From assembly GCF_018977255.1 (NCBI RefSeq), contig NW_024704749.1, positions 17,856,001-17,920,000 on the forward strand: 64,000 nt of DNA, written 5' to 3'. This document shows, one piece after another, positions 46,000-59,200 of the stretch. Position 1 is the stretch's first letter, and each line of letters starts with the position of its first letter. The notes below the pieces were generated by a model. The model searched no databases and was not told where the DNA came from. It saw nothing but the letters and a program-made list of their open reading frames with translations. This DNA is from Callorhinchus milii (lineage: Eukaryota). The position numbers and the translations under genes are program-made.

Positions 46000-47250
46000 C
46001 GTTACGCTCACACACACACTCTCCCCACATACACTCACACTCCCCCACACACACACACCCTCACCACGTACACACACACTCTTCCCCCCCCACACTCCCC
46101 CACCCCACACACACTCTCCCCACAACATACACACTCACACTTACTCACACCCCACCCCACACACACTGCCTCCCCCACTCACACTCCTCCCCCCCCGCCC
46201 CCCCCTCACATTCCCCCCCCCCCCACACACACACACACCCACACCCTCCCCATATAGAGGGCACAGAGAGACCCCCACACACACACCCCTGACCACGATA
46301 AACACTCCCTCACTCCCTCTCTGCCCCCCCTCACTCCCTCTCCCCCTCTCTCCCTCTCCCCCCTCCACCCCCTCCCCCCTCCCCCTCCCCCCCTCTCCCT
46401 CTCACTCCCCTCCTCCCCCCCCCTCACTCCCTCCCCCCCTCACTCCCTCCCCCCCCTCCCCCTCCCCTCACTCCCTCCCCCCCCCCCCCTCTCCCCCTCT
46501 CCCTCTCCCCTCCTCCCCCTCTCCCTCTCACTCACTCCCCCCTCACTCCCTCCTCCCCTCACTCCCTCCCACACTCCCTCCCTCCCTCTCACTCCTCCCC
46601 CCTCACTCCTCCCCCCTCACTCCCCCCTCCCTCCCCCCCCCCCCCCTCTCTCCCCTCACTCCCTCTCTTCCCCTCACTCCCTCACTCCCTCTCCCCCTCA
46701 CTCACTCCCTCCCCCCCTCACTCCCTCCCCCTCATTCCCTCGCCCCCCCCTCCCCCTCACTCCCTCACTCCCTCTCTCCCCCTCACTCCCCCACTCCCTC
46801 TCCCCCTCACTCCCTCTCCCCCTCATTCCCTCCCCCCCCCCCCCCTCTCTCCCCTTCACTCCCTCTCCCCTCCTCCCCCCTCCCCCCCTCTCCCTCTCAC
46901 TCACTCCCTCCCTCACTCCCTCCTCCCCTCACTCCCTCCCCCCCTCTCCCTCTCACTCACTCCCCCCCTCACTCCTCCTCCCCTCACTCCCCCTCCCTCC
47001 CCCCCCCCCTCCCCCCTCTCCCCCTCACTCCCTCTCCCCCTCACTCCCTCACTCCCTCTCTCCCCCTCACTCCCCCACTCCTCCCCCCTCACTCCCTCTC
47101 CCCCTCATTCCCTCGCCCCCCCCCTCTCCCCCTCACTCCCTCACTCCCTCTCCCCCTCTCACTCCCTCTCCCCCTCACTCCCTCTCTCCCCCTCACTCCC
47201 TCTCCCCCTCTCACTCCCTCTCCCCCTCTCCCCCTCACTCCCTCTCACTT
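46000..47250. repeat. C-rich (CCCCTCACT-like) polypyrimidine array upstream of the TRUB2 CDS
   Basis: About 1 kb almost free of G on the plus strand. Confidence 0.92.
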
Positions 47251-47494
47251 ACTCTCCTCCAGTCAGTCAGTCAGTCCCTGTGAGTGTCGGTGTCACACTG
47301 ACTGCGCTCCGGGCGCCGCCCGTTCCCCTGATCTCTGTTCCCAGCCGCCGGGTTCCGGGGGGAGTGACTGACACATGGCCGAGGAGGGGGGGGTTGGGGG
47401 GTCAGTGCTGGTGGGGCAGATAACACCAGTCAGAGGGGGTCAGGGGGTTGGAGTCGGTCACTCAGTCTTATTGTGAGAATTCAAGAAGGAAATG

Positions 47495-48200
47495 CAATAA
47501 TAATAATAACAATAACACTAATAAACATAATAATAAAATCATTATCATAAAATCATTATAATAAAATCATTATAATAAGTATTATAATATTATAATTATT
47601 ATAATATATACTGTAATAATTATAATATAATAATTATATTGTAATTATATTATAATTATTTTATTATAATTATTATAATATTATAATTATTACAATATAT
47701 AATACTATAATATATATTATAATAATTATAATAAAATTATTATTATAATATATTATAGTATTATATATTGTAATAATTATAATATAATAATTATATTATA
47801 ATATTATAATTATTATGTATAATTATATAATTATAACACAATTATAATAATATAACAATTATAATATAATTATAACATAATTATTATGATATGATAATAA
47901 TAATATAACTAATAATAATAGAATAATATGAATATAATGGTTTAATACTAATAAAATAATAATATAGTTATAATAATAGAATAACAGTATTATCATATAA
48001 ATATAATAATGATAATAAAATAATAATAATACAACTATAATAACAGAATAACAGAATAACAATATGAATACAATAATGTCAAAACAATGCAAATCTAATA
48101 ATCATAAAATAATAATACAATAAAAAATAATATAAGAATATAATAAGAATATAAATATAATAAGAACATAAATATATAAGAATGTAATAATAATAATAAT
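47495..48200. repeat. AT-rich (TAA/TAT) low-complexity array
   Basis: About 700 bp of nearly pure A/T, ending in a SINE tail near 48200. Confidence 0.92.
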
Positions 48201-49022
48201 AAAATGCTTGGATTTGATAATGTGCCTTATCACATCTTCAAGACGTCTCAAAGTGCTTCACTGTCAATCTGAGTAATGCAATAATATCTTTTTTCTTCTC
48301 AAATGAATACACTCGGTGTTGCCTCTTCAAGCACATGTCAATTCAGTGTTCCTTTTGACAGCCTTTGGCTTATGCAATGCGCAGTCACTACACTTCACTG
48401 TAATTCATTTGAGGTGCTTTGCTTTGAGCCTTCTCGACGATGTGATAAGGGGCTAACGGATCAAATGCAAGGATTAGTAATTATTAATAACAATGCCCCC
48501 CACAATGTGCTTGGTGTATTTCCACCCAGAGGAACAGATTTACAGCTGTGAACCCCGAGGATATGCTGATGAGAACTTGGCTCGTACCTGACCTGACCTG
48601 ACCTGCTGTGCGAGCGGCAAGACATCTCAAAGCAGCTCATTTGAATTACGATGAAGTGTAGTGACTGTGCATTTCATAAGCAAAAGGCTGTCAAGGAAAA
48701 CTCGCGTGCAAGTGCTCTGGGACGCTACCCCGCGTGATGGGCGCTATATAGGTGCAAGTTGTTGTCGTAGTGAAGGCTGGGGTCAGAACCCACTTAGCCT
48801 CTGCCGCAGCTGAGCCATGCTTTAATATGCACCGACAGGGTGTTCACGAAGTCCTGTTACCCCTGTTTTTTTGTCTTACGATGTATTTTTATTTGCTGTT
48901 GCAGTTGAGTCGAGTGCAGCAATGTCTGTTCCCAGTAACTTCCTGGACACTCAATCTGTGTTACAGAAGACGTTGCATCAAACTTGGCAACGTATCATTA
49001 TCTGCCATTAAAATGATAGAGC

Positions 49023-49059
<37 letters not shown>

Positions 49060-50204
49060 CTGATCCTCTGGACTCCTAAGTACAATTAAATACTTGTACT
49101 GAATACAATTAAGTATTTCTAAAAACAATTATCATCATTCTTCCGCGCGTTTCAGTTGTCGGTTCTCAGAGCCAGCTGAGCGAAGGGGACGGGTCGAGAA
49201 GTGGGGCGTAAGCAGGTGGGGAAGGTAGGGAGGTGCCAGGGAGTGAAGTGATTTGTACACGAACGTGAAGACCTTGGGGATTGAAGCCTAAATATACATC
49301 CCCACCCCACCCACCCCTAGTCAAACTCCTACCGTCTCTTCCTACAGCACCCATCGTGACAGAAGGACGGAGGACGTAAAGCAGGGAAATTGCTGTAAGT
49401 TGTGCTGACGCTGGCCCGACTGACCCCATTCACTAAACTTGTGACAAACCAAATCTACAAGTCTCAAATTTATTAACACAAAAGTAAACCAGAATTTAAA
49501 AGAAAACAAGGCTCCCAAAGCACGGGATAGGATCAAGATTTAACAAATCCAGATAGTATAACACTTGATTCTAAGAGAAAAAAGCAGTCCGGGGAGCAGT
49601 TGTTCTTTCTTTGAGGGGGTGGGGGAGGTGGATGTCTATTTGGTGACTAGTGTGATCAGAAGCCTTGCTATTGTAAAATGGTTTGTTATAAAGTGAGGTA
49701 GTGTATGATAGCATAACAGAACACAGTCAGTCCAAGTGTTTCCAGCAGACATTTCCAGCACCTTGGAACATCCTACCGACGTGAAAGACGCTATACAAAT
49801 GCAATTTGTTGTTGTCGTCGTCGTGGAAGTTCCTTCCGGGCAACTCATGAAGCACTTCAGAAATTGAAACAGAGCTATTCCTTCTTGAGGTGGATGAAAA
49901 TTGCAAAGCAATGATGACAAATAACTCCTGTTATGCGGTGTGACGTCAGAACGTGTAAAACACACTTTGCTCCCTTCAGAAAGGAAGGAATGCCATTTAC
50001 GTATATATCTGTATAGTATATAATGTAACGGTTTGTGGGGCGAACGGTTTACAGGTGGTCATTATTCTGCGTCGGGAATTCAGTGTGTTTGCTTTTGCGT
50101 GTTTTGGAAGCTAATTGTGTTGAAGAGAAAACCATTCAAAAACTGTCTTGCGCCAGGATCTAGCAAGGTAGTGATTTGAGTCTCCCTCTCCGCTGCACTG
50201 GTCT

Positions 50205-53200
50205 CTATGGCGCTGTTTGTTCAATGGAAGGCAAAGTGCCGACAATGACTCTCTCCTGGAGGGCAAAAGAAATCGCAATAAAAATTAATAATCCATGCAT
50301 TTGCTAATGGCACCTACAAGGTCAAAGTACCTTCAAAGCGCTTCATAATAGTATGGCCACACAGCTCATCTGGACACTCTGGAAAGCTAAGAAAACGAGA
50401 GCAAATCTAGACCCAGCTGCCCGAAAGTGATCTGTTTGCGGAGGGAGATTGCTTTGCTATTAGTCTTCACCCTCTGCCACTGCAGCAATATCGTGACTAG
50501 TCTCTGCATTTAAACATTTTTACCTCCATCACCTCAACCCAAGATTCGTCCAGTTCCCACACGAAGCCTGGCTGTAGATAATATTTACAATTAGTTCAAT
50601 ACATTGAATTCTATTGTGCCAACTGATTGCATTAATGTACAGCCGGGCTTCGATTGGGATGGTATTGTTTGTCTTGACTTGTAGACAAGTTGATTCAATG
50701 CAGCAGTAGTCCGGTTCCTGATCCAGGCAGCCTGGTTTATCGTCAGGACAAATAAATCCCTGGAGGTTGGGATCCTCCCCACACCGGTGCTGTTAACCCC
50801 TCGTCCCTTCCGTTCCACCATCGGTGGTCACGCTATCAGCCACTGCCCCCCTGAAACTCTGGAACTCTCTTCCTCTATCCCTCTTCCGAAGACCTTCCTT
50901 TTTGATCGTACGTACGGTCACCTCCCTTCTCCCCTCGACTCAGAGTCATGCTCTGCCACTGTCAAGCGCTCCGGGACGCTACCCTGCGAGAGGGGCGCTG
51001 CATAAATGCAAGTTGTTGATGTTGTTCCATGCCAAAGCTCTATAGGGTGCTCCTATTAGCTGGACAAGCAGCAGGAATTCGCCTGATATCAGTTGCAATG
51101 GCAAACTTTTATCTGGTTAAACAACAACAATAAATTACATTTGTTTAGCGCCTCTCATGTCAGGAGGACGTTCCAAAGCCCTGGACAGTCAAGGATCCAC
51201 ACCCGAGCTGGTGGTTGGGATCAGGAGGGGTAGAGGGCGGGGAAGATAGGGGTAGGAGGGTGACCGAAGGCACGGTCGAAAAGTTAATCTAACTCAAAGG
51301 CATCCAGCTCACGTGTTTTTCAACTAAAATGCAATTGTGCAGCCCGCTTCAGTGCCTGCTAAATGCAAACTGCATCCTCTGCTTACGCCACAAGGCTTAC
51401 TGCCCCTTTACCTTGCTCTGATTTTCATAGATCACGTTGTCAAATCCACAGGGGCCACTGCCAGTCGCGCTGCCTGTGTCGGTGCTGGTTCTCGGGCTGG
51501 TTGCTAAGAGGCTGGCCCCTCTTTTCCTTAGCCAGTAAATAGTCCCGATCATGACGGCAATCAGGACAATGATCAAAATGGCAGCCGTGGTTCCTACCCC
51601 GACCATATGGTTGTGACCTACATTGAATCAAGAAACCGCAATCAGACTTGGTTTCCCTCCATTAACTGAAGCCACGTACAGGACGATTTACATTGACACA
51701 GCACCTTTCATGTCGGTAGGACATCCTAAAGCCCATTCACACAGTGCTGAATGCAGGAGGGGGGGGGGGGAGGAAGGAGATGACCGAGACAAAGTGTGTC
51801 AAGTCTGGATGATCTCAATAATAATGAGAGGGAGTGTCCCAGGAGTACTTGCATTTTTGCCCTTTCCTGTCTATGAATCTATGTAAAATCAGCTTAAAAA
51901 TAAAGGAACATAGGAACAGGAGGAGGATGTTCAGCCCTTCGAGCCTGTTCCGCCATTTAATTCGATCGTGGATGATCTGTACTTCAATCCTTTCAATTCC
52001 ACTTTCCTGCTTTCTCCCCATATCCCGTATTACCCTGACCTACCAAAAATCTATCAACCTCACTCTTTAAGTTATAGATGGATCCAGGGACAGGGGAAGG
52101 GTTTGTGGCCTATGAAGGGAAGGTGACAAGGTCTGAGAGCAAAGATGTGGGGCTTAGATGTATACCAAGGGTGTTATTGCTGATTACCTTTGGGGCTCAG
52201 TGAGTTTCCATTAAGAACTTAACTTTCCAGATGATAAGAATGGGTGGGTTTATTTCTCTGGGTTTATTTAAGCTGCAGGATAGGTTCGTTGGATTGGAAG
52301 TTACTGCCACTTGATGAAGAATCTCTTGGGTCATTTAACGTGAGGGTTTCATTAACACAAGTTGTTTTTACACCGAAAATGTCACAGCTGAATATCCACG
52401 AGAGTTATGTTACACTGATGATTAAAAGTCATATGCTTATCATGGGAACGATCTTTTTTTTGTTATTAAGTTATAACCAATTGTCTTACCGTGTGCATTA
52501 TTCGTCCAAACCCCATCACAGGTGATTCCAGGGTAATACTCAAGGTCATCAATGGCAACAAAACCCTCAAAGTCCGACTTTGTGGCATGAAAAACAATCT
52601 ATCGCGATAAACACAGGATAATAATAATTATGATAATAAATAATCCTTGCGTTTGATACAGCACTTCACCAAGTCGTTGAGATGTCTCAAAGCGCTTCCC
52701 AGAATATATCGTAAAGTGGATTGACTGTGTATTTTGTGGGCGAAACGATCTCACAGTCTCAGCTCAGCGAGTGAAAGCACACAGCCCAGTCCTTTAGCAC
52801 AAATGTAGATACAGTAAAAACATTTAGGGATGCTAAAGTCATGCCCCCCAAAAAACGTTGGAAATGTTTTTTGACATCTTTACATTGGTAGTCAGGAGGG
52901 GTGGCGGGCAGGGAAGGTAGGGGTAGGGGCAGTGACTGGTTGAAGAGGAGGGTCTGGAGATGTGCCTTGAAGGAGGCAAGGGAAGGGAAAGCTTGATGCA
53001 TACATGAGGGTGAAGGGAGTACAGAGGTATTGGAGAGGGGAATGGGAGGGGTGGGGGCTTGTGTGGGGTATTAACACTGGAATAGACGAGTTGGGCTGAA
53101 TGGCTAATTTCTGTGCCAAATCACGTGATGTAAATGTGACAGCAACAGTTTATTTGAAGACTGACCCAGCCTGAGACTGATGCTGTTTGCCTCCAATGTC

Positions 53201-56200
53201 TATTAAGTGGACTTTTCAGCAGAGATCACCAGATGGCAGTGAGGAGCAGGAATGCAATCTGACTTCCCTTCAGCTGGCCAAGGGGTTGCTGAGGTCAATC
53301 GTATCCCCTCAGCTGAGATCAGCACAGACCATAGATCTTCCAGGTCTACACGTCGCTGAGACACGCCACACAGGGTATTTGTCCATTAAGCCACCGGGGG
53401 ATTGAACAAAAGCCACACTTGCGCAGGAACAACAGTCAAATTGTTAAATGAAGCAGGTTCTGAGGTTTTTAACTGGAAGCAAAGAGCTGTCTGGAAACTC
53501 CTGTACATTTTAGTCCACACGAAGAGACATCTATGAAATTGTCCTTTTATCAGGCATTTTGTGTGCTACCATCAATACAGTCACAGCATGCTTTAAAAGA
53601 TCAACAACAACTTGCATTTATATAGTGCCCCTCAAGTAGGATAGCGTCTCAGAGCCCTTAAATGTGGAGAAGCCGGACGCCAAGCCAGGGGGTGATTGGG
53701 GTGGGGGTGTGACCGTAAACACGGTCGAAGAGAAAGGTCTTCAGGTGCAACTTGAAGATGGGGAAGAAGGAGAAAGGCAGAGGGTTTGAGGGAGAGCGTT
53801 CCAGAGTTTTGGGGCGCTGTGCCTGAAAGAGTGGTTACTGATGGTGGAACGGAGGAAGGGCATGAGGGACAAGCAGGAGGTTGGAGCCAGTCGAGTGGAG
53901 GCGGCAGGCAGCGGGTTGGGTAGTAAGCAGGTCGGAGAGGTAGGGAGGTGCCAGGGCATGAAGGGGTTTGAAGATGAGTGTGAGCATCTTGAAATCCATC
54001 ATCGATTAATGCAATGAAGCCCTAACTACTAAGCCCGAGTGATTAAAGTATGTTAGCAATTACCTGGAAATTCACTGGGCTCTCGACTGTGGCTCTAACA
54101 GTTACCCATCGATTTCCCCGGGAATTTGCTGCACTCCAGATGACATTTGTGGTTCCTGGGTAATAGGTCACTTTGAGCATGCTGTCCGCTACGAGGAATT
54201 CAGATAAGATGCACGGTTAAAACGTATAATATTACAAGAGCAAATAACTTTTATAATAAATTTTACAGCAGGTTTCAGGGCAGAGCAAGGGCAAGTTGGA
54301 ACAATGATCTTAAAAGTCATTCCAAAATCCAATCTACATTGATGTATGCAGGGCCTTTCATGTCAGGAGGACATCTCATAGCGCTGGGAAATGAGGCAGC
54401 CAGTGGAGTCTGCTGAGGATTATGGTAACAACAACAACAAGATTTCATTTATAGAGCGCCTTTCACGTCGGGAGGATGTCCCAAGCGCTGGACAGTTGGG
54501 TTGGGACCTGAGCAGGGGGGAAATGTTCAGGGTGAGGGGAGGGAAGGGAGGGAGGGAGGGAGCGAGGAGGGGGTAGAGAGTCGAGAGGGGAGCTGAAGGC
54601 ACGGTCGAAGAGAAAGGTCTTGAGACCGGTCTTGAAGGAGGAAAGGGAGGAAGCGGCGAAGACATTTGACTGTTAAGTAAAACGCTACTTAAAGAAGGAC
54701 GATTCAGAGTCACAAAGGAACTTACTCAGAGAGACGGTGTCAACATAGTAGGAGAATATAAAGCAGGATCCTTCGGTTGGTGGGAAGTGTTCACTCATCA
54801 GCAATGCTTTCTCTTCGCGGTTGATGGCACTGAAGTCCAGGAACATGTAATGACCTGCAGGGAAGAGACATTGCAAAATGCTGGGGTCAGAGGAGCAAGA
54901 TATTTGCAATCGTCCCTCAAGCTGCTCTGAATTCCTGGACGCTATAGTGATGGGATAATTATTAAGTCAGTCAGGCCTGACCAGGATGGCCGGATCTGTG
55001 AAGACTGAACTCAAAACCGGCAACTCTACAAACCGCTGGGGCCCGCAAAAACTCTTTCCTTCCCGCTTTTCCTTTTTATAATAATAATCCTTACATTTGA
55101 TATAGCGTCTTATCGTGTCTTCGAGACGTCTTAAAGCGCTTCACAGAATCTACTGTGAAGTGAATTGATTGTATATTTTCTGGGCGAAACGCAGCAGCCA
55201 AATGCGCACAGCAGCGTCCCACAAGCAGTCATGGATTGAGTGACCAATTATTTTTTTTCTCTGGAAGGAATTATTACCCCCGGAAAAGAGATCCACTAAT
55301 CGACTAACAATCGGGTTCTAATTTACTGCTGGGTAAACAGAGGAGTATGAAGGAAGGAAACTTGCCCAGCATTTTGCCGGGAATCAAACCCAAGTCTCTC
55401 GCTTGCGAGGTAAGTGCTCTAACCACTGAGCTACAGGACTCCTTTTTGCCAATGTTTACCAATTCACATTGATTCGCCAGCCTGCACCTGATACCCTCCG
55501 GCTTTAGGTAAACAGGGTGCATCCCTCTTCCCATTCTATGCTAGACCCAGGGAAATAAGTACTGTATATGTACACCTAGGTGTGTAGGTGGCTGAGGAAC
55601 TCTTAACCACGGTGTTGGGTTTTCCTGTGTGTGTCAACCGATCCAAATAATACACACTGTTAGGTGGAAATTCTACACTGAGCTTCTGCGCGCAATTGGC
55701 TGCCACGTTTTCGCCCACACAATGCACGGTCACTACACTTTACAGTCTGTGAAGCACTTTGAGACGTCTTAACGACGTGTTAAGGCGTTATATCAAATGC
55801 AAGGATTATTATTATTATTACTACAGCAACAGCATCAACAGTAACCACACCGATCACACGACCAGTGACTGCATGCGAATGTATGTAAAGACTGTATAAT
55901 ATCTGTAGTAAGACAGATTTATGAATCATACGTACCTTCCCTGGTCCCCAGCGTATGGTCCTCGTTTGGGCCTTTGTAGATGCTGTGGCTGTCGCTTTTT
56001 CTGTGGTTCCAGTCGACTTGATCCAGGCCAGGGTCTAACTTGTTCCGCCAACTACAGATATTCTGCTCAAAGTCACAGACTCCTGCCGCACATAGAACAT
56101 GGAATCCATTTCACTGACCGAAGCACACAGTGTGTCAATAGGTCCGAGCAGCGACTGGATGCATGTTTGGGAGAAGGAAGGATTGAGGGATGTGGCGAGG

Positions 56201-59200
56201 AGGCTGATTACGTATGAGCAATGGACTTGTTTGTTTGGGCGGGTGGGGAGGGTGGGAAGTGGGGGTACAGTACAGGTGTAAAGCGTCAGGTACCTGGTGT
56301 GGGACAGGCCTTTTCACTGAACCTCACATCGTCAAGCGCAATGTACGAGTCCTCTGATCCTGCGCCAACCGCCTCAAATAATACCTACAGAACAAGATGG
56401 ACAGTGAGCCTTGTCCACTGCACTTCACCAGAGCATTTATTACCAGCTGCGCTCACACATTCCCAAACGACAATTTCCATTCTGACAAGAATAATCCTTT
56501 GTATCTGATCACAGCGCTTGTAACGTCGAAATGTCTCGGAGGGTCTTACATTACCTCATGATCAGGACAGTGCCTGCGTTTGTCAACGAACATTTTGCGC
56601 ACAAGTAAAGTCCCACAAAAAATGTCCCACATGAAGTCAATGACCAATTTTATCTGAGGGATTGTTGGCCAGGACACCAGGAGAAACTCCCTTCTCTTTT
56701 CCAATAGTGCCGTGGGATCTTTAACGTGCCCCTGAGCAGGCAGACAGGACCATGTTATTATATATCTCATCCGAAGGATGGCACTTCCAAAAATGCCGTG
56801 CGCCCCCCAGCATTGCACTAGAGCGTCAGCCTAGACAATGAGCACGTCGGGAAGTGGTTTGTTTCCATCGGCTCCTCGTGGGTTGAAACTGCATCAGTAT
56901 CGCAGTTCTGAACTAGGTCAGAAATGGAGGAAAGGCACAGTCTCGGGAAGAGACATTCCTGGTTGAAATGAGATTCATTAACTCACTCGTAATCTATAAT
57001 TAGAGACTTAATAATAATAATAATAATCCTTGCATTTGATATAGCGCTTTTCACGTCGGGAGGACGTCCCAAAGCGCCCAAAGACGTCCCAAAGACTCCT
57101 ACAGGACTTATAGCGCTTATACTTGACTGGATCTCATCCAGTAAATTAACTGCTCACTGGACTAAGAGCTGTTTCAGCCTTTGCGCGCCAGATTACCTTC
57201 CAATTGTAGGCCGTTTTAATGTTTGCTGTGCCCAGTTGCCACACATCTCCCTGTCCCACACTCTCGCTCCAGATTCTGTATCGTTTCTGATTGTTCTCCT
57301 CAAAATAGACATTCAAAGTCCCTGCGAAAATGGTCAACCACAATAATAATAATAAAAAAAATCCTTGCATTTGATCTAGCGCCTCATCACATCTTCGAGA
57401 CGTCTCAAAGCGTTTCACAGCATATACTGTAAAGTGTATTTTTATATGTTTTTATATATTGTTAGATATTTTTAGAGCGACTGTATATTTCACGGAAAAA
57501 AACGTGGCAGCCAAATGCGCACGGCAGTGTCCCACAAACAGTCGTGGATTGAGTGACCACATTATTATTATCATTAATAATGAATCATTTTTATTATACA
57601 TCAGTTATTATTCAAGATCACACAGAATCGTGGGACAATTCCTAAATTCCGAAGCCATTTTTCTACATTAAGTGAGGGCTTGGCTACTCTCCGCAGTTTG
57701 TTGTAAAGTCTGGTACCTGGATTCTTTCCGTTCATGTAGAACCAGAAGTGCAGACACGTTCCCAGTGGCGTGGGCTCCTGCAGACTTGAGGTCAGTAGCT
57801 TTTTGAAGCCGTTCGGCACATTGTAGTCGCCGGTGACCGCCATCATATAGTATCCTAAACACAACAAGAGTATTGACAGTAAAATTCTAACAAAGCCACA
57901 TAACGTACCTGCTTGGCGCATCAATCCGATCAAAGGAGTTTTGTTTTGTCTTTCTGGGGGTTTTAATAAAATAATCAGAAGAGAGGTTATCATTAATAAT
58001 AATAATAATAAAAATAATCCTTCCATTCGATATAGCACTTCATCACATTATTTGGACGTCTCGAAGCGCTTCACAGAAAATACTGTAAAGTGGATTGGCT
58101 GTGCATTTTGTGTGCCCAAACACGGCAGAAATTGCACACAGCAGTGTCCTGCAAACAGTCAATGATTGAGTGACCATTATTATTATTATTATTATTATTA
58201 TTTTTTTTTTTTTTTCTGATGGGATTATTACCCACGGAAAGCGATCCGCCAATCGGCTTACAATCGGGTTCCTACTTACTGCTGGGGAAACAGAGGCGTG
58301 TGGAGTAAGGAAACTTGCCCAATGTTTTTATTGTTATTTTCTTTTTTTTCTTTTATATTGACGCTGTGAGGATGTGAAAGAACCCACGATTCGAAAGAGA
58401 AACCAGCATCTTCTCACCTTCAGCAGTCTCCGACGTGTGATCGGCCGGTGGTTTGCTTGCGATGCTCCCACCGGCAGCGTTCTGCCGCTCCCAGTTCGGG
58501 AGGTTGTTTGCGGTGAACCCGCAGGTGTTTGTCTCGAACGTGCAGAATCTCTGAGGCTTGCAGGAGCCCGTCACAACAGTGATGTCGTCAAGAGCGATGT
58601 GCCCAGCCCCGTCTTTGGAACTCGCTTCAAACATCAGCTGCAATCAAAGTGCGCAAACCATCAAAACTCTCGGCCTTTCCTCTTTGTACTAGAATAAAGG
58701 CTTCCTCGGGGATCATTATTAAAACTCCCAAATTTGGTCGCTCAATCCACGACTTGTTGCTCACCTCAGCCACGTTACCAGTAGCTTGGCTGAGGTCAGC
58801 AACGACAACAAATTATATTTATGGAGCGCCTTTCATGTCGGGAGGCTGTCCCAAGGCACTGGACAGTGAAGTTCGTTGCACCCAAGCAAGCGGTTGGAGT
58901 AAGAAGTGTGGAGGGTAAACGGGGGTGGAGGTGCGAGACTGACTAAAGGCATGGTCAAAGAGGAAGGTCTTGAGATGGGCCTTGAAGGAGGGAAGGGAGG
59001 GGGCGAGGCAGTGGAGCTCCAGCGGTTTTCACGTCAGGAGGACGTCCCGAGGTGCTGGACAGTCGAGGGTTTGCACCCGAGGCTAGAGGTTGGGTTCGAG
59101 AGGGGTGGAGAGCTAAGCAGAGTGCTTTGACCAGGACTCGGTGCCTCACTAGTACAAAAGAACCAGCAGGGAAGCCGAGTGACAAATTATCCGCGAGTTA

